This document shows, one piece after another, positions 1 to 13,528 of a stretch of DNA of 64,000 bases. Positions within the stretch are counted from its first letter, which is position 1. Each line of letters starts with the position of its first letter. Below the pieces are notes generated by a model that saw only the letters and a program-made list of their open reading frames with translations, searched no databases and was not told the origin of the DNA. A program made the position numbers and the translations under genes. This DNA is from the human T2T-CHM13v2.0 reference genome, Homo sapiens, in NCBI RefSeq assembly GCF_009914755.1, contig NC_060931.1. One strand, given 5' to 3'.

Positions 1-1298
1 TGAACATAATCCCAAGTGACAATGCTAGTTGTGTGGTCTTTACCCATGGCTCTCCTGGCCAAAGCACTCCTGTCATCCCACAAAACAGAAATAACGTGGG
101 GTTGGAGATGGCAGGCCATGATTCCTGGGCCATCTCTGCTAGTCCTATACAGCGGTATGCCTTGGTCATGTTGCTTGAACAATCTTTAAACTTGGCTTTC
201 TTTGCCTGTAAAATGGCTGTGTTAGAAGGACCAACCCTTGACCTTCTTTTATGACTTTACATTTTTTCCTTACAATTAATTCTCTTGTTGGTTATCAATG
301 AATTGCTCCGGTCATGCTGCTTGAGCCTGGATGAAATCAAGACTGTAAAAAGAAAAAAAAAAAAAAAAAAAAAAATCCATGAACTACAATAAAAATAAGC
401 TCCTACAAAACTTGATCTCCAAAAATGGAAGGCTTCATTCCTTTTAGTGACTGCCTGGTAAAGCAAGAAAACACAAAAGCAAAATTTTTGATCATAAGTG
501 AAAAGTAGGCTTGACACATTTAAAGGCCTAAATTTGAATTACAAAGTCTAAAAGTATTTCAACATTGTGGGTAACTTGTACAAGTGTGGGTTCGCATAAG
601 ACTTCAGCCATAACTGCTGGAGACACTGGTGGAACCCCCCAGCCCCCTAGAGAGTGGGCTGGCAGAATCGTGCAGGTCAACGTGGATGAGAACCGACTGC
701 CTGGCTCAAGACCCATGCCTCGGGTCAGTGAGGCTACCTTTGGAACCCAGGCAGAGGGTATGTGTGTGTGTTGTAGAGGGTTAAAGGAAGGCAAAGGAGA
801 AATGAAAAGTCTAAGAGGAGGAAAGAAGGGGGAAAGTGTTGCCTCTCAAAGAGAATGACTTTCAAAGTGTCATCTACAAACACTGATAGTTAGATCTAAA
901 ATGCCAGCACAGAATGTGCTGGTTAAGAGTAGTGTCAATTCAGGGTCCAGTGATTTTCCTGCTGGAAACCCTCCAAAGGAATTTGAGACACAGAGGAAGA
1001 ACAGTCCTGGCCCGGGCAGAACTGCTTATGTCAATGTCAATGTTCATATTTGCATGACCGAAAACACACCCAGGGCAGGTTAGTCATGCTCGGGGCTATT
1101 GTCTGATCCAGCCCTGTCATTCTCACACTGTGAAAGAGAAGACTTCCACAACAAGTTCACTGGGGCGAAACGCTTAAAGTTGGTTGACAGCTTCAGCTGG
1201 GGCCACTTGTGTAGGAGCCCAGTCAGTTTGATCAATGTAGCTGAGTTGGCTCTGGGCTCTGTCATAGCCCCAGCTGGGTTCTGTTTACCATTTACTTC

Positions 1299-1553
1299 TG
1301 TGGGATATCAGCATATGCCTCCCAAAAATATGAAGGAATGTTGAGCTGAAGGCCATTAACAGGAAATGGACGCAGGCACACTCTCTGCCTTTCCTCTTTT
1401 TTCCTAAAAGCAGGATGTAGATTTACAAAGACATGTATATATGAAATATACGTGTTAATAAACTTCTGTTTGTTTTTCTCTTCTGAATTTGTCTTTTGTA
1501 ACAGGGGTCAGTTTCAATAAGAACCTGTTGGGGGTTATTATTTTTACCCTACA
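1299..1553 (+). mobile_element. Internally deleted ERV1 solo LTR, MER34/MER39-like
   Basis: TG...CA ends; near-TSD CTTC/GTTC; AATAAA plus a typical U5; similar to 43389-43920. Confidence 0.7.
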
Positions 1554-1949
1554 GTTCAAACATTTTGGTTTTTTTATACAACGATGTTGTAACTTATTGG
1601 GTTTTTTCTTATCATTAGGGGAGGAATGGTGGGCTCTTGGGTCTTTCTATATCTGGTAAAGGAGAGCCACGTGGTTATGGTTCAGTCCCAAGCAATATCA
1701 TGGAGTCCCCGGGACAAAGCAGCTTGCAGGCATGCTCTGTGGGTTCATGGTTGGGAGCTTGTGACAGCTTTTCTTGTCAAACCCTGCCCAGAGCTGTTTC
1801 CACTTCGAAAAAGAGGCCCCAGGAGGCAGTGTCTTAGCTCAAAGGCATAACTGGTCAACCTAATGGAAGGACTTCAGATAAGTGGCAAGTAGATGGAATA
1901 GATATTTTAAGGTCACAGAGGACTTGCCAATTCCTTTATATCAGAGAAC

Positions 1950-2225
1950 TGACGGGGTTTGGGACATGCTACCCCCCCCCCCAAAATATGACACCTTGTG
2001 CCAGTTTATTACCATTCGATCATGCCATTCCTTCATCCTATCACATTTCCTCCCCATTATTCACTCTTCCTCAAACCTACCATAAAATACACTCAGATTT
2101 AATAAAACTTATACTCAGCTTTAGTAAAACTCATATTAAATAAATGTGTTGCTTTTTTCTTCGTATAGGAGTCTCAGCCATTAACCTAGGGTGAGCAGAG
2201 AAAAAGGTACTTTTCTTCTCCTATA
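1950..2225 (+). mobile_element. Internally deleted ERV1 solo LTR, MER34-like
   Basis: Perfect 4-bp TSD GAAC; 5' motif ccccaaaatatg. Confidence 0.7.
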
Positions 2226-2465
2226 GAACCTTGGAACCTGCTTCATTTCTATGCCTGAACTTTGTACCAGCTGCTGATGTTACCTTGGGCTCAGAAAAAT
2301 AGGTAAAGGGACTAGAGACAATAGGAGAGAGGGAAAGGATGGCCCTACTGGGAGAAGAATGAGGCAGTAATGTTTCAGATCACCACCATCAAACATAGGC
2401 CTGAAGATCCTACCCTTCTCCCATCCTATCCCTGCCCCCATCCTATCTCCCCCTGTTAACTGAGA

Positions 2466-2965
2466 ATTTTTTATTCACCCATTCAACTGATACAAATTCA
2501 TTGGAGCACCTGTTATACACAAAACACCATACTAAATTCTGGGATATAGTGAGCAAGACATATAAGGCACTTGCTCTCAGAAGAGATAGTAAAAAGTAAA
2601 TAAATAAACATTGTGGTAAAGAGTCACTGCAGGAGCTCGTCACGTTTGAGCTGAGATCTGAGAGGTGAAGAGTGAACCAGTCATGCAAAGAGCTGTGAAA
2701 GGGCTTTCTAGGGTGAGGGAAGAGCAAGTACAAACACTCTGAGGTGGGAAAGAGCCTTGACTGTGGAGGCAGAGAAAGGTTGCCAGTGTGGCTGGAGTTC
2801 ACGGGAGCTGAAGTGGGAGGCGTATGAAAGACTCAGGTAGGCGGCAGGAGCCAAGTCACATTGAGCCTTGTCTTGCAGGTTTTATGAGAGGCCATGGAAT
2901 GATTCGTTGTAGGAGAGGGGCTCAATCTAATTTAGATGAATAATGGCCACAGTGGTAGCTGTGGG
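2466..2965 (-). mobile_element. L2 3' fragment
   Basis: ttcattcaac...gagcacc terminus and typical L2 body. Confidence 0.65.
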
Positions 2966-5900
2966 AGAATGTATTGTGTATTGGGCCTGGAGGGAGGATA
3001 CTGGAGCATAATGTTGGAAATTGAGGAATTCCTCCCTCAGCCTTGCTCTGTGGGGCTTCAACAGCTGAGGAGAAAATCAAAGATTGGGGAAGCATACATT
3101 CTTTTCTTCCCCATCCAGAATTCTCTTCCTAGTTCCCAAAGATCTTGAAGGCATTTATTTTCCTCAGTGGTTATTGTGTCTTTTCTGCTGGGGGGATGTG
3201 CCCACATTCTTTTCACTGTCTGTTGACCACCATCTGCTGCCGTCTGGACTCTCATAACTCCCCTCCTCCCATTGCTGCTACTTTCTGTCCAACTGCTGCC
3301 AAGACTGTCTAGGGATGGGAGTGCTGGGATGGATCTTACCTCATGATTGGAGAGATTTCCCTTGACAAGACTGTCTCAGACTCAGGCCAGAGGGTGCTTT
3401 AAGGTCATTACTAGTTGCCATATGGAATACCTCTTTCAGTGTTCTGCTGTTCGGTTGTCCTGTCTCCAGTTCTTTGAGTGGCTCCAACCCAAGCCATCTT
3501 CTACTTCCTTCTAAAAACCAACACCCTAGAGTTACCTCAGCAAGTATTATATTCCACTCACTTATTCCCATCCTGCTCTCAACCTGATCCAGTGTGATGC
3601 TGACCTGAGACCCTGTGGACTTGACTTTTATCCTTGGAAATGAACATTTGTGGAAGGTGTTTCTGCTATTTGAGCATCAGCTTTTCCCACTGACCCCTGA
3701 CTTGGTCTGTCCCTCCCATCTCTGCCACTAAAACAGCCTACAGCCGATCCCTCTAATTGGCCCCTGATTCCCTGTGAGAAAGGCTTGACAACTTCCTTGG
3801 ATGCATCCTCTGCCCAGGTGAGTGACCCCACCCTCCTGGAATCTGACCATCTAATCTAAAGTTGCTTTTGCCCTTTCTCCCAGGAGTCTGAGAATGTCCT
3901 CATACAAACTGGACTCACAGCTGGCCCTGATATTCTAGAATTTCTAGGCAGACATGAAAATTAGATTGAAGCTGTGACCTTCATTTCACACATATAAAAA
4001 GAATGTGTGAGGACCTATGACTAATGAAAGCAGCCTCATTTCTTCACAGTCGTTTTCCAAATACCACTAATTGCCCTATGCTTTCAACGCAAACACAGAG
4101 TATTACTCAAACTGCCACAGAAATGAATGAGTAGAGAGTACCACACCTGGGTCACTAGCACATCCTGAATGACAAGGTTTCTGTTCTGCTCTCTTGACAT
4201 CCTACCCTTGGAAGTGACAAGATTGGAGTAGACACTGGCTCAGGGATCGTTTCCTCCCTATCTGCCCTCTACATGTATCCTATCATCTAGATTTCCAGCA
4301 CTTTCTTCTTTGCTACCTGAAAGAATCTAACCAATAACATGAGTAAAAAGAACCAGACTCGGTAGAAGCAAACATGACTATCTTGCTCTTTACAAAGCCA
4401 AATGGTTGATAGACTTCCCTGTATGTGGGAGAGAGAAAGGAAATTCTGACCCAAATAAGTTAGACCTTTTCTGTAGGATGCCAGAAGAAGCTGAGATTCC
4501 AAGCACATAGTGTTTTGGTTTCGATTTTGGAAGAATTAAAGAAGACTCAGTTAGTAATTGGAAGGGGACATGAGGAAATTGAGAATAGAAAACCACATGG
4601 ATAAGGTTAAAACAAATCCCAAATCCATTAAAAAAAAAAAAAACACAATGTCCCATTGCCATGAGAAAATGAATGTAATGAGTGTTTCAGTGTATTGTCT
4701 ATGTACGATGTTGTTGTAAAGCCATTTTAATGTGTTAGGAGGTATTTTACTCTCTTCTTGATTGGGTCACTGAAGTAACCGTGAATAGCAATGTGGTGCA
4801 TAGAGGCAGTGTGGAAAGGGCGCTGGGCCCACAGCAAGAAGACCTGGATTGTGTACCATGTGAGGACAAAAGGCCACATAGGTCTCTAACCAATGATATA
4901 GGTTAGATATTATGTAGGAGGAAGACAAAGACCTAGAGACTGTGCAGCGTTCTGAGCAGTGAGCACTTGAAGATGTGCCCCACTCCAGAGATACACACTG
5001 ATACATTTGTGATATTCAGGGGACTAAAACTGGTCTTACGCCATGGCAATCCTCGTCTCTTACAGGACATTCCTTCTCAGGAACATCCAACCTACTCCTA
5101 CACAGAGAAGGCTTTTGGCCCCTCACTCTGCAACCAGGTGGAAGTGGCAAAACACTTGGTGGGCCACCCATGCCCACCGTCACCAATTACATTAATTCTT
5201 ACGAAGGCACTTGAGTTCCATCTTTTTTTTCCTAATATATTGATGTGCTGTCATTCTCAAACCTAATTCTTAAGGGGTCTGAAATTACTGATGAATTAGA
5301 AGAAATTGCATTGTGAAAATGACAGATGAGATTCAGTATTAACATAAAGAAGAAATGGTGTTTTACAAGTAACAGTCAATGATAATTGCAAAACAATTCT
5401 TACAGCATTATGCATGGAAATGGGTATAAATCCTAGTGAATCTTATCTTGGATACCTCTACAGTTACGGTTTGCAACTTGAGAACACAGGACTGAAGAGG
5501 GCTTATCTGGATCTTAAGATTGTGGAAAAGAAAGCTAGGATTTTGATGAAGTGTAGATTTAAAATTCTAAGCCACTTGGTTCTAGGTCATATCCAAGGTC
5601 TAGGTTACACATTCAAGAGACTGCGTGAACAACTCTTGAATCTCAACTCTGCTTTAAAGGACACCCTGTTAAACAGTCCAAAAGTAAACGCAGTATTGCG
5701 AGTAGCTACTGCTATCTGATGCATATTTCTGAAATATTTCCTATATGAAAAGAAGTTGAGTTTCTGTTTCGGTAATTTGGCTGGCTGGAGTCAACCAAAC
5801 CCATAGGTTTGACTCATAGCTGATCTACCTTTCTGGATACCTGTATCCCAGGAATGAACTGGAACCAAAAAGGCTGGAAGTTATTGTTTCTTCACTATTA

Positions 5901-7094
5901 GACTCTGAGGATTTAACAAACCACAGAATGGTCAGCACCCTGAGGCTGAACCAGAACTGACCAGCCCTTGGGAGTGGGCTCTTTGTGAAGGATCCTACCT
6001 GGTCAGTTACCCCATTCCCAGCCACCCTGACCAATAACTTTGGCAGTTAAAACAATAGCAACCTATTTATTGAAATTAGAACTGTTTTGGGGTAGTTACT
6101 TTCCTTTATAATTAGCTGTGTGACTAGTTAGATTAACTCACTAAAGTGACTAGCTGAAAATCACTATGAGCAAATCATTTTAACTTCAGGAACTAAGTTC
6201 TGATATTTGTAAAATAAAAGCCTTGGACTCAGTAACAATTAATAAACTATAAACTTCTATTAAGATTTATGGTAAGAAACATAAACTTTAAACAATTTAG
6301 GATATTAACCATTAGGGGAAAAGTCTAGGTCTTATTCATCTAAAACTCCCTATTTCTTAAATGTTTCTACTAAGTCAATCTTGGAGTTATAAAGATGCCT
6401 AACTGATAGAGCAACTTTTTTGGATTTCCTTAATAATAGGGAATACACATACTTCACGAAAATCCCCAGTATTGTTTACATTAGAATAAAATTTAAGTAT
6501 TGGACAGAAGAGTTTAGATTACAAGAAGAATTCATTTAAATAGCACCTGACGTTCCCTAACAACAGTGATTTTATGAAACATTGTAATTGATTTGCCACC
6601 TATGTGTGGATCTATCCTAAACTGACTCCTTTAGTTTGCAGGTTTGTTGGGGATTCAATGTCTTTTACTTCTTTTTCAGTCTCAACAACAGCTAATTCAG
6701 TACTCTAAATATAGTCAGCATTCAATACAAATTTAATTATTGACTGAATCTAGGCTGTCAGGGGAAAAAAAGATTTGCTACTTGTTTGGACATGTCTCTC
6801 TGATTCAATGCCACTTTTGCCTTACCAGCTAATCAGTCAGTAGACTAAGGGTGGTGCATTTTTGATCTTCCCCCTTAAAGAAGGTCAGTGGCTGAAAATG
6901 AGATCCAGAGTGATTACATTAGAAGGATTTTCATGTGTACTCCATCAGGGAGATTAAATGTCCAGGTGCCTCCCACGTTTCCTTTTAGGACTTGTTCTTA
7001 GTCTTCATACTTCAAGGGCTCAAGAGCAGCACTGACACGCAACATATTCATTGTCCATCCCCAATTACGTTCTCAAAAGGTAACTGTTACATAT

Positions 7095-7523
7095 TGTATT
7101 AGAGTTCTCCAGCTAAACAGAACCAGTAGGATGGAGAGAAAGGGGGCTCGAGAGGAGGAGGGAGATGGGGGAGAGAGAGAAGGAAGGGAAGGGGGAAAGG
7201 GAAGCTGGTAAATCTAAAATTTGTAGGGCAGCCTGGCAGGCTGGAGACCCAGAGAAGAGTTGATGTTGCAGCTGAAGTGGGAAGGAAGATAGGAGGCAGA
7301 ATTCCGTCTTCCTCAGGAGACTTCACTTGTTTCTCTTAAGGCCTTCAATTGTTTGGATGAGGCCCACCCACACCACAAAAGGTAATTGGCTTTACTCAAA
7401 GTCTGCTGATTGAAATATCCTTAGATCTAAAAAACATCTTTATAGCAACATCTAGACCAACGTTTGACCAAACATCTGGGCACTGAAATCTGGGCAAGTT
7501 GACACAAGGAATTAACCATCACA
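7095..7523 (-). mobile_element. MLT2 (ERVL) solo LTR with internal GA-rich tract
   Basis: Ends tgtattagagttctcc / gttgacac..ttaaccatcaca; perfect 5-bp TSD CATAT. Confidence 0.85.
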
Positions 7524-7637
7524 CATATCAAAATGGGACATTTTCATCATTCCAGTTATCTTTTGAAAGTTCTCTGATTTCTTTCATTATTTAAAATATT
7601 CTCCAAATAACAAACAGTTCGCCAATGCTGATAATTC

Positions 7638-7950
7638 TTTTTTTTTTTCCTTTTTCTTTTTTTTTCTCTCTTTTATAAGACAGGGTCTCACTTTGTCACC
7701 CAGGCTAGAGTGCAGTGATGTGATCATAGCTCACTGCTGCCTTAAACTCCCGAGTGCAAAGGATCCTCCCACCTCAGCCTCCCAAGTAGTTGGGACTGTA
7801 GGAGTGTGCCCCCATGCCCAGCTAACTTAAAAGAATTTTTTTTTGTAAAGACAAGGTCTCACCATCTTGCCCCGGCTCGTCTCAAACTCCAGAGGTCAAG
7901 CAATCCTCCCAAAGTGCTAGGATTATAGGCGTGAGCCACTGCACCTGGCC
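7638..7950 (-). mobile_element. AluJ
   Basis: Dimeric Alu, poly(T) on +, J-type divergence. Confidence 0.9.
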
Positions 7951-9149
7951 ATGATTTTCTAATTACAGAAAGAAAAAAACTTTCTATGGTCTTTCACTGC
8001 CTCCTTCCACCAACTCCTACTTCAGATTTTGTTCATTTTCTCCATAAGTATTATACATTGGTGCTTAGGAGACAAAGAAGAAGAGACATGGGTTCCAACC
8101 CTCAAAAAGCCTGTAGTGGGAGAAGAATGTGCAAATGATTGCAGTGGTATGGGGTTTATGCTCAGGTGTTTAATAGAACAGTAGAGGAAGTAAAATTTAA
8201 TAAGCTTATTAGCATATAGGTGGTGCTTGCATACACAAGCCCTGTTTGGGCTACACATACCCTCATTGTACAATGGTTAGAAGTATGATTTCCCCAGGAG
8301 CTGAGTCTAAGGGCATGTGACCATAAAGGTTTATAAACAAACTCATCATCTCAACCCCGTCGCCCCAGTATACACTCAGCTGAATTAGTTTAGTCTCTCA
8401 GTAACACGTGTTGCCCAAGGAGATGAAATTTACCTCAATGGCAACTTCTCTTTATGTCTGCTTAAAACTTTACATTTCTCTTCTAGCATTTTGTTCATTA
8501 AACTCCAGATTTTAAAATAGACTCTATAGGTACATCTGTAGTTGATGGAGCTGAGTCTGAGGATGGAGTGGACAAGAGTGCTGACCTGTGTCACTGAGAC
8601 CAAAGCAAAGCCTCTTTTCTCACAGCACCATGGGGATGTGATTATACAGCTCTGGCACTAGCTCCTCAGAGCCAGCAAGGTATTAAACAAGCCCAGACTT
8701 TTCACTAAGCCTTTGTCCCCCAGGCACTGCTGAGAAACCACTGCCAACAGGAATTGAATTCTAGGAACCAGCATGCCAAGAAACACACCTCCTGGAATTT
8801 TGAGCATTTGACGGAGGTCTGGCAAGCCCTCCTTCTTCTTATTGATATTAGTAGTAGGGAGGGGGCAGAGGGGCTTGTGGATAGAGACTGGAAATTTTCA
8901 AAGATGTCCAGTTCTAGACCACAGATAGCATCTTCTGTTTTTAGAACTGAGAGCCAATACCATCAATGGAATAAGGAAAGTTATTATTGGTTTTGCCCCT
9001 TCCAGATTTAAGAGGGTCCTGTCCTCTTCCAACCCAAAAGCCTCCTGCCACTTCTCTTTTTTTCTTTGCTCCCAGGTATGAGCCCCATTTATTGTCTCAG
9101 GCCAAGATACAAAGGTGGAGAAATCCTGCATTCTGCCCAAAGTGTGAAG

Positions 9150-9749
9150 GGCTCTGTGTTGTAGATGGTGCTGCTGTCAGTGGGCTGCTTCATGTTCTTG
9201 ACCCACATGAAAGAATTTGAGAGTGAGTCCAAAGTAAAAGCAGGCAAAGACATTTATTGCAAAGCGAAAGGACACTCTGCAAGCCAGGTCAAACTGGGTT
9301 CCTTGAGAATAAGACAGTCCCCTCTGACATTAGGAAATCTCATTTATGGAAAGCTTATGTGATTATTCATAAGAGGGTGGGAATGAGCCTGGCTGTTGGC
9401 TTAAGCATGTTGCAGGTGGTCTCCTGGGCGTGCATGTGCAATGCTATCACATATATGGCATGTCTTCTTATTAGCATCTTAATTCTCTACCCAGGAGTGT
9501 GTTTTTTACTATTATAATGAGCACAGGTCATGGACACTAATCATGGTCAAGGACACTAATCATGGGTTTCTGTGCTTGTGCATAATTTGGGGATTTTCCC
9601 TTCTGCTCTTCGTCCTGTCTGCTGCAGGATGTCCTAACCAAAGCTGCAGATGCCGTTTCTGCACTCTCAAGCGGTTTGTTTTCTCCACCTGTTTGGCAAG
9701 TTTGTTTCCCTTCAAGTGACTCTATGACCATCTTATCTAACCTATCTCT
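9150..9749 (-). mobile_element. ERV1-class solo LTR (subfamily uncertain)
   Basis: AATAAA (tttatt) and LTR-like U5/U3 motifs. Confidence 0.55.
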
Positions 9750-12031
9750 GTGCCAGATATGTCTGTAATTCCTCTCTGAAATATTGGAGGAAGGAAACAG
9801 AACTAAGTTTCTCGATTATCCACTTCACATGCTTAAAATTCCAGTGCGCCATTAGATCCTAGAATGGTTCAGAGTGAGAGTTCCAGAGAAAATGGAATAA
9901 TTAAGCAGCAAAGCCCAGGCATATACCATTTAATAAAGCTACAAAAAATCCTGAGATTCTGAAAGTAGAAGAAAAACATTTGGCATAAGACTTATTCTCC
10001 TGCTTTTTAAAATGATCCTCACATTTTCAATATATTCTGAAATTAAATGTTTCATTCCACTTAAATGACTTCTGCATATTAACCATCAGTCTGGGGCAAA
10101 TTTTGTGTTTCTTTTCTTATGTTTTATCCTCCCAGCTCCTGAGAGCAATTACATTGGCTCAAGTATTTGAAAAATCACTCAAATTAAGGAATTGCAGTCC
10201 CTCCTATTCTTCAGTAGGCAAATAAGAAATATAGGATCAGATCCATCTCTCCCCATAGGCACATCTCATGGGAATCATAATCAGAAGGATGCTTCCGGAG
10301 TCTTTAATCTGAGCAAGGGGTCCTGGTGGGGTGATGGAAGTGTCCACTGGCGTCAGTCTGTGACAGCCTGATGTCTCTGTCCACAGCAGGGATGAATCTG
10401 GACACCAGATGGGGCTGTGACCTGGTATGCCCCATCCTCCTCTGCCAGAACAGGATGGGTGCCACCATGTGCAGTTTTAAAGTAAACTGAAAACCAGTTA
10501 GTTTTACAGATATTTGAGAATTGTGAATTATCTCTTGAATCAACATAATTTTGCAAAGCCATAGTTAATAGGATTGAGTTGCTGCACAAGTGCTTCTCAG
10601 TGGTCCGGAATCAACTTGTGTCCAAAATGCTGCTTGATGTTGATGCAGGAGGCAGCATTTCATTAGGCCAGAAGGAAATGCTGCAGGTGGTATCATGTAT
10701 ATGTAGATTTAAATCATAAGAATTAGAGAAAGATGAAGTAGGAAAAATTGATATGGGAAAAAACAGAATTAGAAGGAGGTGAGAGGCAGGGGAGGGAAGC
10801 AAATACGTCTTTTAAGAGGATCTGTTTTTGTTGGAGGTATAAATTGCCTCCCAAAACTATGCCTGTGACCACAGGTTCCTGACAACCGGTTAGGCAACAC
10901 AAGCATCTGAGTGGAGAAACAAGCCATGCGTCCTAATCTGAGATTAACTGAACAGTAATCCCTTGGGCAAGTTGCTTACTTTCTGTGTATTTTTCATCCA
11001 TAATCCCAAGATAACAAATATTTGCAACGTAGAATGAAAATAAAGATCAAACTTTGTGGCTCACCATGATGGTATCCAGCCAAAATTACTAGTTGTTATT
11101 TTCTCAGCTCCATTCTTTCTTCTCCTTTTTTCTTTCCCATTAGGTATTGAAAACTACCCATTTATTTTTCTTAGTAACACCAAAAACTTAATTTCAAATT
11201 GGAGTCAGCCCCTAAAGCAAGCCAACCAATAACCAACTAAATACACCAAAATTGTTCAGAATATGTCATAACATTCACTTGTGAATTTCTTCAGGCTCAA
11301 GCATTTTGGTCAAAGAATTCGGAAGTAAATTATATTAATAAGTACTATGTCCTAGGTTATATATCCACAGCCTGGCTTGGATTTAGTCCAACCTTGCTAG
11401 ATAGGTGTTACTTATCTCATTTCACAGATAAAGAAAGCATTTTGGTGGGCTTAATGGCCTGCATTCTTATTGCTAGTAAATGTGGAATTGTGATCCAAAC
11501 TCACATCTGTCTAACTTGAACCTCCTTCCTGTGTCAAACCTTCTTCCCTTAATGCCTGATACCACTTCCCAATGGGGAGGAGTATTCTTTGAAGAATCGA
11601 TTTGGGAACTTCCTTAGAAAAATGTAATAACTTCCAGTAAACTTGCTCTGCAGACACATGTATTATATGATTAACAGGTTGGACTGTCTAGTTATGCAAT
11701 CTAGGGCAAATTTCTTAACTGCACCTAAGTTTCCTCATCTGTAAATTTAGGTTAATAATGGTAACCTCACAACAACAAATGAAGCAATAAAACAGAAGAG
11801 AATATTCAGAAATATTCTACCCATGTCGGCTCACCTCTTTTGGGACAGTCACTTCAATAAATGGGACTCAGTTAACTGGATAGCAATATGGAAAAAAAAT
11901 CACTTAATCTCTACTTTACACCATACCTCAAAGTCAATTCCAAATGGATTGAAGATTTAAATATGAAATACAAAGCAATAAAGTTTTTAACAAGAAAAAT
12001 ATTTAATACCTTAGAATAAGCAAATATTTCT

Positions 12032-12783
12032 GATTTCTTATTTATTTTATATTTCGGGGTACATGTGCTTGCTTGTTACATGAGAATGTTGTGTACTGGT
12101 GGGGATTGGGCTTCTAATATACCCATTAGCCACGTAGTGAACATTGTACCCAATAGGGAATTTTTCAACCCTCATTTCCCTCCCACGCTCCTCACTTTTG
12201 GAGTCACTAGGTCTATTGTTTTCATCTTTATGTCCATGTGTACCCATTGTTTAGCTCTCACTTATAAGTGAGAACCTGTGGTATTTGGTTTTCTGTTTCT
12301 GAGTTAGGATAATTGCCTTAAACTCTAACTATGTTGCTGCAAAGGACATAACTTCATTCTTTTTATGGCTGCAGAGTATTCCATGGTGTATATATAGCAC
12401 ATATTCTTTATCCAGTCAGCTATCGATGGACACGTAAGTTGATTCCGTGACTTTGCTATTGTGAATAATGTAATGATGAACATAAGAGTACAGGTGCCTT
12501 TTTGATATAATAATTTCTTTTCCTTTGGGTAGATACCCAGTAGTGGATTTTTAGTTCTTTGAGAAATCTCCATATTTTTTCCATGGGGATGAACTATTTT
12601 ATATTCCCACCAACAATGTATAAGTATTTCCTTTTCTCTGCATCCACGTCAGCATCTGTTGTTTTTTGACTTTTTAGTAATAACCATTCTGACTGGCGTA
12701 AGATGATATCTCATTGTGGTTTTCATTTGCATTTCTCTTACGGTTAGTGATGTTGAACTTTTTTTATATTTGTTGGCTTCTTT
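12032..12783 (-). mobile_element. 5'-truncated L1PA/L1PB 3' end
   Basis: L1 3'UTR and ORF2 end; flanked by TSD taagcaaa[t/c]atttct. Confidence 0.9.
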
Positions 12784-12798
12784 TAAGCAAACATTTCT

Positions 12799-13528
12799 TT
12801 TTTTTCCAACTTTTATTTCAGGTTCTGGGGTACATGTGCAGGTTTGTTACATGGAAAAATTGCATAAAATGACAAATGATCCTGTCGTGCAGGTAGTGAG
12901 CATAGTACCCAATAGTTTTCCAACCCTTGCCCCCCTCCCTACCTCCCTGCTCTAGTAGTCCACCGGTCTGTTGTTTTCATCTTCGTGTCTGTATGTATTC
13001 AATCTGTACTCAATCTGCAGCTCCCACTTAGAAGTGAGAACATGTGGTATTTGGTTTTCTGTTCCTGTGTCAATTCACTAAGAGGATGGCCTCCATCTGC
13101 ATCCATGTTTCTATAAACAATAAGATTTCATTCTTTTTTATGGCTGCATAGTATTCATGGTATACATGTATCACATTTTCTTTATCCAGTCCATCACTGA
13201 TGGGCACCTAAGTTGATTCCTTCTTTGCTATTGGGAATAGTGCTGGGATGAACTTGCAAGTGCACATGTCTTTTTGGTAGAACGATTTTTTAAAATATAT
13301 ACCCAGTAATGGGGTTGCTGGGTTGAATGAGAGTTCTGTTTTAAGTTCTTTGAGAAATCTCCAAACTGCTTTCTATAGTGGGTGAACTAATTTACATTAC
13401 CATCAATAGTGTATAAGCATTCCCTTTTCTCTGTAACCTCACCAATGTCTGCTGTTTTTTGACTTTTTCATAATAGCCATTCTGACTGGCTACTGGTGTG
13501 AGATGGTATCTCATTGTGGTTTTGCTTG
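12799..13528 (-). mobile_element. 5'-truncated L1PA15/16-like 3' end
   Basis: L1 3'UTR; flanked by TSD taagcaaa[c/g]atttct. Confidence 0.9.

Noticed and set aside
164-326. Near-repeat as a p53 response element
   Set aside because: The CWWG cores are 3 nt apart rather than 6, and the flanks do not fit RRRCWWGYYY
1299-2225. Two same-orientation LTRs as a possible collapsed provirus
   Set aside because: Each has its own TSD and their sequences differ, so they are independent solo LTRs
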